DNA of 64,000 bases, taken from positions 3,532-67,531 of the forward strand of contig NZ_CALIIS010000038.1 of assembly GCF_938017705.1 (NCBI RefSeq). The letters run 5' to 3'. Numbering within the stretch: the stretch's first letter is position 1; the number at the start of each line of letters is the position of its first letter. The notes below the pieces were generated by a model. The model saw only the letters and a list, made by a program, of their open reading frames with translations, was not told the origin of the DNA and searched no databases. Shown piece by piece: positions 9,482-18,601 of the stretch. This DNA comes from an uncultured Campylobacter sp. GTDB lineage: Bacteria; Campylobacterota; Campylobacteria; Campylobacterales; Campylobacteraceae. Position numbers and translations under genes: made by a program.

Positions 9482-10888
9482 TCATTCGCTCCAAATTTTG
9501 CGGTTCAAATTTAGCTCACTCACGATACCCACAAGCGCGCCGATCTCATCTACGTAGAGCGCTATCGTGGCGTCCTGCTTTAGCGAGCAGTCGATTCTAG
9601 GCTCGAAATTATCGCGCCAGGTCTCGATCGCCACGTAAATTTTGTCCTCCCTTAGCACCGCGTTTATCTGCGAGCCCAGCCTTAGATAAACCTCAGTCAG
9701 TCGCTGCATCAAAAGCGGCGTCAGAGCGTATCTGGCGCCCACCTGATCGGTCGTATAGACGTCAAAAAACTCCTCAAATTTCATGTCATCCATATTCGCT
9801 CGCTGTCCGCATCTGCGCAGATTTCGCGAGTTTTTGTGACATACCCGCACCTCGCAGTTAAGCCTTTTGTGAAAGTCCGCGACGAAAAGCACTCCTTGAA
9901 ATTTTACATCGGTGCGAGTGCCGTTTTTGGTGCGCACCTTTTCGGCGGCGTAAAAGTCGCTAAATCTCACGCGCACGCCCTGCACCTCCCCGCTCATCAT
10001 ATCCTCGCTCGATTGCTCGTTTATGTAGCAGTCGTAAATTTCAAAAAACTCATCTGCTGTAAGCCCGCCGCTTTCATCGTAGCTAAGCCCGAAGCTTTTT
10101 GCGATGCTCGAGACGATCCTGCTTTTAAAATTTGATCTGAAATTCCGTCTTTTGCTCGCCGTCAAAAGAGCGCCTACTATGCCGTAAACGGAGATGCCGA
10201 AAAATACGCCGGGCGCCACTTCGTCCCAAAAATGCGCCACGAGCACGCCCACGCAGGTCCCTACGACAGCGGCGATGAGACTAGCCTTTTTCACCGCTTT
10301 TTGCAGCGCCGCGCGCTCATCCTCTAGGCTCTGTAGATCCGCTAGAAAGTTAAATTTTGACTGGGTTGCGCCGTCTTTCTCGCCCCTGCCTTCTCTTTCG
10401 GCGGCTTTGGGCTCAAACCTTCCGTAAGTAGCGCTCATGCGGCTATCGCTGCTTTCAGAGCTATCGCCCTCGCCTATTTCAGCTTTTAATACCCGCCCCT
10501 CTTTCGCATCGGCGCTTAAAATTTGCCCATCTTGCGCCGCGCCCTGCCCTAGCGCGCCTGTATTTTGCGCCGTGTCGAAGTCGTTAAATTTATCAAAATT
10601 TGCGCGGTGCGTGCCGCCGTTTTTGCCAAAGTTTAAGCTGTAAAATAGGCGGTAGAGCAGTCCGTTTAAGAGGGGGAAGATGATGAAAAGCGCGATTATA
10701 AGCCAGTTTGTATCAAACGAGACGGGCTCCGCCCCGGTATTCAAAAACAGGTAAAGTCCGAGCAGCAGCAGGGTTATCAAAAATGAGACGAGCTTGCTAA
10801 TGCGCGCGAGCTTTTCGCGCCGTTTTTCAAGCAGGTAAAGCTCCTCTAAATCGCCGTTTCTATCCATAATCCGCCTTTTGTAGCGCAT
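9482..10888 (-). CDS. membrane protein with a DUF3137-like C-terminal domain
   Basis: Two N-terminal TM helices, a long low-complexity linker, two more TM helices, then a C-terminal domain (...FQGVLFVADFHKRL..., ...FDVYTTDQVGARYALTPLLMQRL...). From memory this matches the DUF3137 architecture. An alternative start is the ATG at 10867. Confidence 0.55.
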   Translation of the reverse strand: MRYKRRIMDRNGDLEELYLLEKRREKLARISKLVSFLITLLLLGLYLFLNTGAEPVSFDTNWLIIALFIIFPLLNGLLYRLFYSLNFGKNGGTHRANFDKFNDFDTAQNTGALGQGAAQDGQILSADAKEGRVLKAEIGEGDSSESSDSRMSATYGRFEPKAAEREGRGEKDGATQSKFNFLADLQSLEDERAALQKAVKKASLIAAVVGTCVGVLVAHFWDEVAPGVFFGISVYGIVGALLTASKRRNFRSNFKSRIVSSIAKSFGLSYDESGGLTADEFFEIYDCYINEQSSEDMMSGEVQGVRVRFSDFYAAEKVRTKNGTRTDVKFQGVLFVADFHKRLNCEVRVCHKNSRNLRRCGQRANMDDMKFEEFFDVYTTDQVGARYALTPLLMQRLTEVYLRLGSQINAVLREDKIYVAIETWRDNFEPRIDCSLKQDATIALYVDEIGALVGIVSELNLNRKIWSE

Positions 10889-11064
10889 TTAAGCGCTAGT
10901 TTTTGCCGCGCGTAAATTTAAACGTTCGCGTACCGCAAGTTTGATCGCCGCTAAATTTAGCGCAAAGCCGTGCCCTACTGCGATAAATTTTAAAATTTGC
11001 TCCGCCGCTTTAAATTTAGCCGTTATAAAATTTTAAATTTCGTCTTTGTTGCGCCGCAGTTCGT

Positions 11065-12258
11065 TTAATGCGGGCAAATCTTTAGCGCCTCTTTCAGCCG
11101 CCCTAGCCCGTCTTTTAGCAGCGCTCTAGATGTCGCGATATTTAGGCGCAAAAATTTCTCGCCGCCCTTGCCGTATTGCGCGCCGCAGGAGAGATACAGC
11201 CCCGTTTTTTCGCGGATGAAGCGCGCAAGCTCCGCGCTATCCTGCGTATAAGCGCCCGCATCGAGCCACATCAGATAGGTCGCGTCTTGCGGCACAACAT
11301 GCACCTGCGGAAGCTCACGCGCGATAAATTCCGCCGCGAATTTGCGATTCTCGCTGAGGTATTCACGCAGCGCGTCCAGCCACGGCGCACCCTTCGTAAA
11401 TGCGGCAATCGCCCCTTGGACACCGAAAAAATTCGGCTCGGCGATGTCGTCGGAATTTAATGCCTTTGAAATTTTATGACGCAAGCGTTTATCCGCGGCA
11501 AAGACCGCCGCACTTTGCAGCCCTGCGATGTTAAACGCCTTCGTAGGAGCGATTATGGAGGCTGAAATTTTCTCGCACGTCTCGCTCGCGGCAGCAAATG
11601 GCACGTAGCGCACGCCCGGCTCGGTCAGATCGCAATGCACTTCGTCGCTAAGCACCGTCACACCGTGCTTCTCGCACAGCTCACCGATACGGGCAAGGTC
11701 ATCCCTGCTAAAGGTGCGGCCGACCGGATTGTGCGGGTTGCAAAGGATAAAAAGCGTCGTTTGCGGATCGGCGAGCTTAGCCTGTAGATCCTCCCAATTG
11801 ATGCTATAATCGCCGTTAGCGTAGGCAAGCTCATTCTCCACAGGCACGCGGGCGGCGTTTTTGATGCAGTAGTAGAAGCAGTTGTAAACGGGGCTCATCA
11901 GCAGCACGTTTTCGGCGGGCGAGGTGAGCTTACGGATGATCGAATCGATCGCAGGCAGCGTGCCATTTGCGTAGATCAGCCACTCCTTTTGGATTTTATA
12001 ATCGTGGCGCGCGAGCCACCAGCCTTGATACGCGCTGCGCCACTCATCATCTACAAGCGAATAGCCTAAAACTCGCTCGTTCAGCCGCTTTTGCAGAGCC
12101 TCGATGATCTCGGGCGCTACGGCAAAGTCCATATCGGCAACCCACATCGGAAGCTCATTCTCGCCTACGTCCCATTTAAGCGACTTCGTGCCGCGTCGGT
12201 TCGGCAGAGTGTCGAAGTCGTATTTCTCCTTGCCGAAGGTAAAATCAAAAAGTCCCAT
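11065..12258 (-). CDS. PLP-dependent C-S lyase, MalY/PatB family (cystathionine beta-lyase-like aminotransferase)
   Basis: N-terminus ...YDFDTLPNRRGTKSLKWDV...MWVADMDF is characteristic of PatB/MalY. 397 aa. Confidence 0.85.
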   Translation of the reverse strand: MGLFDFTFGKEKYDFDTLPNRRGTKSLKWDVGENELPMWVADMDFAVAPEIIEALQKRLNERVLGYSLVDDEWRSAYQGWWLARHDYKIQKEWLIYANGTLPAIDSIIRKLTSPAENVLLMSPVYNCFYYCIKNAARVPVENELAYANGDYSINWEDLQAKLADPQTTLFILCNPHNPVGRTFSRDDLARIGELCEKHGVTVLSDEVHCDLTEPGVRYVPFAAASETCEKISASIIAPTKAFNIAGLQSAAVFAADKRLRHKISKALNSDDIAEPNFFGVQGAIAAFTKGAPWLDALREYLSENRKFAAEFIARELPQVHVVPQDATYLMWLDAGAYTQDSAELARFIREKTGLYLSCGAQYGKGGEKFLRLNIATSRALLKDGLGRLKEALKICPH

Positions 12259-12259
12259 C

Positions 12260-13102
12260 TTACGCCCTTAACTCAGTGATGATCTCTATTTTAGACGCGT
12301 CGGTCGAGCCGTCTAGAATCAGCTCGCCGATGCTTTCTGCGCGAATTAGCCCGCTGCTTGGATTTTTGACGCTATCGATCGCGCCTTTTACCTCGGCATG
12401 CACGTCGCTGTATTCAAACGCTAGCGTCGTATTTATGAGCTCACAATCTTGCAAGCGTAAATTTTGCATATAGCAAAAGCCCTGCAGGCTCTCGATCTTA
12501 CAATTTTTAAGCGTTACGTTTCTAGAATTCCAGCCGAAGTACTCGCCCGCGATGAAGCAGTCCTCGATGAGGATATTTTCGCAGTTCCAAAACGCGTCCT
12601 TGGAGAGGAGTTTGGAATTTTTGATCGTTACGTTTTTGCAACCGTCAAAGCAGTAATCCCCGAAGAGCGATAGATTTTCGATGCTTAAGCTTTCGCAATC
12701 AAGCCCGAAATACGCGCCCTTTGCGGTGACGTTTTTTAGCGTGACATCGCTGCAGTGCCACAAGGTCTCCTGCGCGTCGTGGAATTCTACGTTTTGCAGC
12801 GCGGCGTCTTTTACGCGGCGAAGCCCCTTGGGCGCGCCGTAGAGGCAGTCTTTTAGCACCACGCCGCGGCTATACCAGATCCCTGCGCGCGCAATCTCGT
12901 CGAAGAAGCAGTCCTGCACGCGGATATTTTCGGCGTACCAAAACGGATATTTCCACTCAAATTTACAGTTTTGCACGACGATATTTGTGCTGTGCTTTAG
13001 CGGCGACTCGCCCTCGCCAAAGACGGAATTTTCGATCCGCAGATCCTTTGCGCCGAACAGCGCGCGCTCGCCGCTAAAGTGCTTTTGTCTTAATATTTGC
13101 AT
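12260..13102 (-). CDS. DUF3737-like right-handed beta-helix repeat protein
   Basis: Repeated ~22-aa units (L.N..F...., I.DC.F.) throughout. The start is placed at the ATG at 13102, preceded by AAGGAAA. The stop abuts the PatB-like gene start, so the two are probably an operon. Confidence 0.6.
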   Translation of the reverse strand: MQILRQKHFSGERALFGAKDLRIENSVFGEGESPLKHSTNIVVQNCKFEWKYPFWYAENIRVQDCFFDEIARAGIWYSRGVVLKDCLYGAPKGLRRVKDAALQNVEFHDAQETLWHCSDVTLKNVTAKGAYFGLDCESLSIENLSLFGDYCFDGCKNVTIKNSKLLSKDAFWNCENILIEDCFIAGEYFGWNSRNVTLKNCKIESLQGFCYMQNLRLQDCELINTTLAFEYSDVHAEVKGAIDSVKNPSSGLIRAESIGELILDGSTDASKIEIITELRA

Positions 13103-13522
13103 GGCTTTCCTTAGATTTAAAATTTGCTTCAGATTATACAAGGAATTTTAAAATTCCGCGTAGCTTGGGCGTATGAAACGCAAGCGAATCTTAAAAATTT
13201 TAAAATTTAAAGGCGGCGAGGAGCTAAATTTGACGCGCCTCGGTAGCGGTTACGAAACACATACAGCGAACGCGCGAAAAATCGCCGCACGCTTATAATG
13301 ACGCGTTTGCAAACGCCTATGAAGCGCGCTTCGGTCGCTACGGCGAGCCGCGCAGGCGCCCATATCCGCTCGCGACGTGCGCCGCTCGAAAGATACATAA
13401 AAATTTATCGCAAGCGGCACCTTATAAAATTTGTAAAATTTTCTACAATCAACGTGCAAGTTTCCCTAAAGCGTCGTGTCTGAAAAAGCGCAAATTTTAC
13501 CCCGCACACAAACTGGGCGCGT

Positions 13523-14002
13523 CTAATGCTCGTGGTGATGCAAGTGGATGTCTTCGCCGCGGTCTCGATCTGTAGCGCGCTTTCGCAGATCAAAATACAC
13601 AAAAAGCCCACTAGGCTCGCCATCCTCGTAAATTTCAAGCTTGTAGCGCATTACGGCGTGCGTGCATACTGCAACGTCAAGCGTCGCTTCATAGCCGTCT
13701 GCGCTGCGCTTTAGCGGGAATTCCGCATTGCCCATATTCATACTCACGCCCGAAATTTTAACGCTCGGATTTTTCAGCTCACGCGAAATTCCGCTTATTT
13801 TTAGCTCATTTGCTCCCGCTTCGATCGGATGGCGCGCTACGCTAAAGAGCGCCTTCTGCCCGCCCGCGTTAGTCTCGCAGTCCTGTGCGGCTAGATTGCA
13901 GCCCAGACGCGTCCTTATATCCTTAAATAATGCATCGCTCTCATCCGCGCCAAATCCTAAAGTAGCGGCGAGAATCAAGCTAAAACGTAGAGCCTTTATC
14001 AT
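13523..14002 (-). CDS. exported protein with a His-rich C-terminus, possibly a YtkA/FixH-like fold
   Basis: Signal peptide MIKALRFSLILAATLGFGA and C-terminal tail IHLHHHEH. The family assignment is tentative. Confidence 0.5.
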   Translation of the reverse strand: MIKALRFSLILAATLGFGADESDALFKDIRTRLGCNLAAQDCETNAGGQKALFSVARHPIEAGANELKISGISRELKNPSVKISGVSMNMGNAEFPLKRSADGYEATLDVAVCTHAVMRYKLEIYEDGEPSGLFVYFDLRKRATDRDRGEDIHLHHHEH

Positions 14003-14118
14003 TATGATCCTTTGTAAATGAAATTTGTGCGCAATTTTAGCAGAAAATTCCGCGCCTATTAAAAATATTTATTAAAATTTTAGCTAAAATAACGATATCT
14101 TTTACGAAAGGATGAAAA

Positions 14119-14481
14119 ATGGCTGAGTTTTTAATCAAAGACGCCAAGGACGGCTGCAAATTCGATCTACTTTATGACGGGCACGTACTGTGCACCTCCG
14201 AGGTTTACACGAGCAAGGCCGCTTGCAAAAACGGCATCGAAAGCGTCGCAAAAAACGCCGCACTAAATAAGATCGAGGATCAAATCGCGAGCGGAGAAAA
14301 GCTAAACAATCCGAAATTTGAGCTTTACACCGATAAAGCAGGCAAGGTTCGCTTCCGCTTAACGGCTAGTAACGGACAGATCATCGCCGTCAGCAAGGAT
14401 TTTGAAGCCAAAGCGGACGCTCTAAAAGTAATAGAACTTATTGTAAAACAGGCTCCGAAAGCCAAGATCAAGGAGGCATAA
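14119..14481 (+). CDS. YegP-family (DUF1508) protein with two repeats
   Basis: Two YegP-type repeats: F.L...DG...F.L...G.VL.TSEVYTSKAACKNGIESV and KFELYTDKAGKVRFRLTASNGQIIAVSKDFEAKADA. Confidence 0.8.
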   Translation: MAEFLIKDAKDGCKFDLLYDGHVLCTSEVYTSKAACKNGIESVAKNAALNKIEDQIASGEKLNNPKFELYTDKAGKVRFRLTASNGQIIAVSKDFEAKADALKVIELIVKQAPKAKIKEA

Positions 14482-14928
14482 ATGGACATAAATGGACTTG
14501 TAAATATGGTCTCTGCGCTCAAAAGCGACGATAAAAATTTAAGAGAATTTCAAAGCGGTCCGGTCGCTTTTATCGAAAAATTTCTAGGCGTGGACCTGCC
14601 CGACGATCAGATAAATGCGATAATTGCGGGCATCAGCTCAAATTTTTTAAGCAAAAACGAAAGCGGCAGATCTAGCTCGCTAGGCTCGATGCTGGGTGGA
14701 CTTTTGGGCGGCGGCGAGGACGTGCAAGCAAACGCCGTCGATAGCAAAGGTGTGGATTTTAGTGCGCTGATCGGCAAAATCGCAAGCGCCAAGCTCGACC
14801 TCAACGGCGACGGCAAAATCGATATCAACGACGCAAGTAGCTTTTTGGGCGATCTCTTAGGAGGAGGCGCAAACGGCGAAGATAAGGGGTTAAATTTAGG
14901 CGGCCTGCTAAAAACGTTTAAAATTTAA
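14482..14928 (+). CDS. hypothetical Gly-rich protein with one EF-hand/dockerin-like Ca-binding loop
   Basis: The ATG directly follows the YegP stop. It contains DLNGDGKIDIND (nt 14797-14832) and repeated LGGLLGGG motifs. Confidence 0.55.
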   Translation: MDINGLVNMVSALKSDDKNLREFQSGPVAFIEKFLGVDLPDDQINAIIAGISSNFLSKNESGRSSSLGSMLGGLLGGGEDVQANAVDSKGVDFSALIGKIASAKLDLNGDGKIDINDASSFLGDLLGGGANGEDKGLNLGGLLKTFKI

Positions 14929-15074
14929 ACGAGGCTAAATTTCAAACGCAGGTCGGATTTTGCGCGACGATGTTTAAATTTGCGCGCGCTATTTTAATCC
15001 GCGCCTGCGTCGTTTAACGCTCGCGTGAAGGGTTAAATTTACGCTGCATTGCGCGCGAGCCCTTGAGTTTAAGC

Positions 15075-15127
15075 AAAACGAGCTTAAATTTAAACGCCGT
15101 CTTGCTCTAGATTTAAGCTCGTTTTTT
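15075..15127 (+). terminator. long hairpin with a T-run downstream of the YegP operon
   Basis: AAAACGAGCTTAAAT (15075-15089) is the perfect complement of ATTTAAGCTCGTTTT (15111-15125), followed by further T residues. Confidence 0.45.
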
Positions 15128-15433
15128 GCGGCGTCTTATTTATACTGCCTCGGCAGAGCGCCCTGCTCCGCTCTTTTGATCGTCCATATTGAGCCAAAAT
15201 AACCACACACTCTGCTTTAAATTTTATCTTTGCTCTTTAATGTCCGCTTTAAATTTAATCACTCTTTGGCTCGATTTTATTTCGCTACCCATTCAAATTC
15301 CCGCGCAGCGCGTCAAAGCATATAGTCAAATTTCATCAAAATTTTAAAAACGGCTATAAATTAAGCGTGAAAGAGTTCGCCTAAAAAGGATATATTTTAT
15401 TTCTATTTACTGTTTAGGTAGTATAATCGTTCT

Positions 15434-15496
15434 TGTCCGACAAGATAAAACCTCCTTTTTGTATGAAGCCCGAGTTTAAAAGCTCGGGCTTTTTTT
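15434..15496 (+). ncRNA. candidate small RNA or leader transcript upstream of moaC
   Basis: A TATAAT box sits at 15422-15427 behind a periodic T-rich tract. A 15-bp perfect palindrome TCTTGTC-C-GACAAGA spans 15431-15445. A CCUCC stretch lies at 15451-15455. An intrinsic terminator follows: AAGCCCGAG (15466-15474) pairs with CTCGGGCTT (15483-15491) and runs into 7 T residues. A second TATAAT at 15513-15518 then serves moaC. Confidence 0.35.
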
Positions 15497-15543
15497 ATGC
15501 CCGAAATTCTGCTATAATCCCGCCAAAAAATGCAAGGAATTTT

Positions 15544-16014
15544 ATGCTTACACATATAGACGAAAACAATATGCCGCGCATGGTAGATGTCGGCGCCAAG
15601 GACGAGAGCGAGCGTGTAGCCACCGCTAGCGGCATCATCCGCATGAGCGCGGAGGCGTTTGCCGCCGTTAAGCAAAACACGGCCAAAAAAGGCCCCGTGC
15701 TTCAAACTGCCGTAGTTGCCGCGATAATGGGCGCTAAAAAGACGAGTGAGCTAATACCCATGACTCATCCGCTTACGATTACTTCGATTAAAACCGATAT
15801 TGAGGAGCTTACGAGCGAGTGCGCGTTTAAGCTTTTTGTAACTGTAAAAATCACGGGCAAAACGGGCGTTGAGATGGAGGCGCTAACGGGCGTAAGCGTG
15901 GGGCTGCTGACGATTTACGATATGCTAAAAGCGATAAATAAATCGATGCAGATTACCGACATCGTGCTGCAACGCAAAGAGGGGGGCAAGAGTGGCGTGT
16001 ATATTAGGGGCTGA
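15544..16014 (+). CDS. moaC: cyclic pyranopterin monophosphate synthase accessory protein MoaC
   Basis: The real start is the ATG at 15544 ([22 protein letters not shown]...) with SD AAGGAA. MoaC motifs are conserved (...PMTHPL..., GVEMEALT). Confidence 0.9.
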   Translation: MLTHIDENNMPRMVDVGAKDESERVATASGIIRMSAEAFAAVKQNTAKKGPVLQTAVVAAIMGAKKTSELIPMTHPLTITSIKTDIEELTSECAFKLFVTVKITGKTGVEMEALTGVSVGLLTIYDMLKAINKSMQITDIVLQRKEGGKSGVYIRG

Positions 16015-16252
16015 AAAGCCAAAAATCGACTATCCGCTCTTTTGGGAATACAAAATCATCCTAGACGCAAGCACCCAAAAGCGCGAGCAGATCGATGAAA
16101 TTTTAAAGGGCGAAAATTACAAAATAGACTTTTCACGCTTTTCAAACGGCGGCAAATACATGAGCTTCAACGCAAGCGTCTTCGTAAATAGCGATACGCA
16201 CAGAAATGAAATTTTCGAGCGATTAAAGGCTCATTTTAAATACATACTGTAG
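15992..16252 (+). CDS. DUF493/YbeD-like small protein
   Basis: 86 aa. GTG start behind AAGAGGGGGG, overlapping the end of moaC. The pattern [11 protein letters not shown]... resembles YbeD/HP0495-type proteins. Confidence 0.55.
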   Translation: MACILGAEKPKIDYPLFWEYKIILDASTQKREQIDEILKGENYKIDFSRFSNGGKYMSFNASVFVNSDTHRNEIFERLKAHFKYIL

Positions 16253-16260
16253 GAGAGGTT

Positions 16261-17520
16261 ATGAAAGAAAAACTGATAGAAAAATTCGGCGCCGATCTCG
16301 CGCAAATTTCACAAGCCGAGCTAGCCTCATATGTGCAAGAGCTCGCCTTGCAAAAAGCCACGAAGGCTTTGTGTGAGCTTGACGACGAGAGTAAAAGCGC
16401 CAAAAGCACGCAATTAATCCTAGACTTCGCAGCCGAGTTAAAAGACGCGGGCGCGCTTAGCGATGAGACGGCAGAAGCCCTACTTAACGGCGTTAAAAAG
16501 GCGCTGTGCGACGAGGACGAGCAGGCTCTTTACAAACTCATCTACGATTACGACGATCTGCGCAAAAAGATCGCTTGTAAACAAAAGGCGATTAAAACCC
16601 TAGTTCTGCGCAGCTACGACGATCTGGATACCGCGCTGCAAAACGCAAGCGAAACAGAAGCAAAAGAGCGCATAGGCGCGGCGCTACAGCGAGCGATTGC
16701 GAGTAAACTTCCGCTTGCGGACGTGCTGAAAGAAGCGAGCGAACTGGCTTTCATAAGCGTGCTCGAAAGCGGCACCGACATCGAGGATACCGCGCACGAG
16801 ACGGCGAAAAACATCGCATTTTCGGCTATAGGCGACGGGGAATTTACGAAATTCCGTACAAAAGAAATTTCAAAAATCATCATAAACCGCGCGATTTTCG
16901 TTGCAAACGAGAGTAAAAATACAGCCTCTGCGCTGATTAGAGGCGCGATTTTAGGCTGCTACGACGGCATAAATAAAGCCGCCGAGAGATACCGCGACGA
17001 GCTAAGTTTCTCGCCAGCAAGCGACGCACAGAGCTTAGAGAACGAAAGGCTTCAAATTTCGCAGATGAGCGAGCTATTTAGCGCGGTTTTAAGCGATGCG
17101 GTCGCAAGCTCGGAGGAGCCCGCTAAAAGCGAAATCGCCAAGATCGCCGATGAAGAATTCGGAGGCTATTTGGCTAAATTTAGAAAAATTTCAAGCGATC
17201 TTGCCGAGCAACTAAGCTCTAAAATCGGCGAGATCGAGCTTGGCGAACGCGCGAAAAAGGCAAGCGCCAAGGCACGCGAAATCACTCAAGAGCTAAGCCA
17301 AAAAAGCGCCAAAATCATCGAAAACCTCGATCTGGACGAGAAGCTGGACGCAATCAAAAAAGAGCTTAGCGAGTTTGAAAAGAAGATGAGCCAAAAATTT
17401 GCCGAGCTAAAAAGCTCCGAAGTCGCCAAAAACGTAAGCGAAAGGGCGCGCGAGATGAGCGCTAAGGCTTACGAGGCCGCAAAAGAAACGATCGCCAAGC
17501 TAAAGTCCAAAAAGGACTAA
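16261..17520 (+). CDS. hypothetical Ala/Glu/Lys-rich all-helical (coiled-coil-like) protein
   Basis: 419 aa with SD AGGAGAGG. The C-terminal third carries repeated amphipathic ...AKKASAKAREITQELSQKSAKI... / ...SERAREMSAKAYEAAKETIAKL... units. I recognise no family. Confidence 0.6.
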   Translation: MKEKLIEKFGADLAQISQAELASYVQELALQKATKALCELDDESKSAKSTQLILDFAAELKDAGALSDETAEALLNGVKKALCDEDEQALYKLIYDYDDLRKKIACKQKAIKTLVLRSYDDLDTALQNASETEAKERIGAALQRAIASKLPLADVLKEASELAFISVLESGTDIEDTAHETAKNIAFSAIGDGEFTKFRTKEISKIIINRAIFVANESKNTASALIRGAILGCYDGINKAAERYRDELSFSPASDAQSLENERLQISQMSELFSAVLSDAVASSEEPAKSEIAKIADEEFGGYLAKFRKISSDLAEQLSSKIGEIELGERAKKASAKAREITQELSQKSAKIIENLDLDEKLDAIKKELSEFEKKMSQKFAELKSSEVAKNVSERAREMSAKAYEAAKETIAKLKSKKD

Positions 17521-18601
17521 ATGGGCGCCGCGGGCGCGAAATCCTAGCATCAAGTATGGCGCCCACGGCTTTACGTTGCATAATTTACTCGCTTGCCTTA
17601 AAGTCCGCACGCTCCAAATAATGGAGCTTTCGTTAGAGTTTGCGAGGCCTGCGCAGAATTCTTTATGCGCTTTAACGGCGCTGTAAAATTCCATGCTGAT
17701 AAAGAATTTTAGGAATTTTGCATAGCTAAATTTAGATGCGCGCTGCAAAATTCCGTGCCGCCAAAAATCCTACGGCGATGCGAGACCCCGGTCCAACCAA
17801 ATCTTGCTGCAGCGATAAAATTCTAAGTGTAAAATTTTATAGCTGACGCGGCACATATAAAATTCCAAAGCCGGCGCGGATTTTTAAGCTTAAAATTTCA
17901 TCGCATAGATTTGCGTAGCAAAATTTTAAAATTCTAAACGCGTAAAATTCTAAAATTCTACCCAAAATGATACGGTACGGCTTTCAGTTTAAAATTTTAT
18001 CCCGACGCGTGCAAATGAAATTTCGCGAGATAAATTCTATGAAAAGGCGTCTGTGGTGTTTGGCATTTCTGCGATCATTTTCACTGCAGCGTAAGATGCG
18101 GCGCATTGGCTTTTACCAAATTAGTAATTAAAAATTCATGTACCACAAAAGATTAGTGCGACTCACCTCAAATCATAGCGACATCCGAGCCCATTTTATC
18201 GCACGATTTGATCGCATAAATTTTAAACCGATCTTGCTGCGCCCGGGTCGAGCGCCTGGTGTAAATAAAATTCTACCGGATTTATCGTTGCGTAAATTTA
18301 AAACCGCACCCCGCTCTATTTAGACGTAGAGGCACCTTGTTTATGCAACGCCGCGTTTAGATAAAATCACTGCTTTCACACAGCAATGCCTCGTTTACGC
18401 CACGATAAAATTCTGCGAAATCACCGCTAAATTTTATCGTTAAATTACAAAGCCCAATCCTATTTTAAAGGCGACGGGTGTTCTTAAATTTCACGACAAA
18501 TTACAAATAGATCGCGCCTGCAAAATACAGCAATTCAAAATAAAATTCTAAAAATTTAATCAAATTTCGCTAAAATCGCCGCAAAATTTTAAGGAGAAAA
18601 G

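Noticed and set aside
9186-9557. 123-aa plus-strand ORF and a GC-rich patch at 9200-9480
   Set aside because: The Cys/Arg-rich translation has no motif and overlaps the 3' end of the DUF3137-like gene. Minus-strand frames there give only a ~55-aa fragment (...GGHVIAPSREPIERW...). This is at best a pseudogene remnant that I cannot identify.
15433-15543. Longer MoaC starting at the TTG at 15433 or the ATG at 15463
   Set aside because: The extension would be translated through an intrinsic terminator and a TATAAT box, and neither start has an SD. The ATG at 15544 has an SD and gives the conserved MoaC N-terminus.
15400-15543. Moco (molybdenum cofactor) riboswitch upstream of moaC
   Set aside because: The candidate leader is only about 60 nt. 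I could not recognise the larger conserved multi-stem Moco motif. A separate -10 box lies between the terminator and moaC. It is kept only as an sRNA or leader candidate.
17500-18323. Small ORFs 17500..17748 and 18138..18323 in the 1.1-kb gap
   Set aside because: They have no SD and no family resemblance, and their composition is the same as the surrounding spacer.
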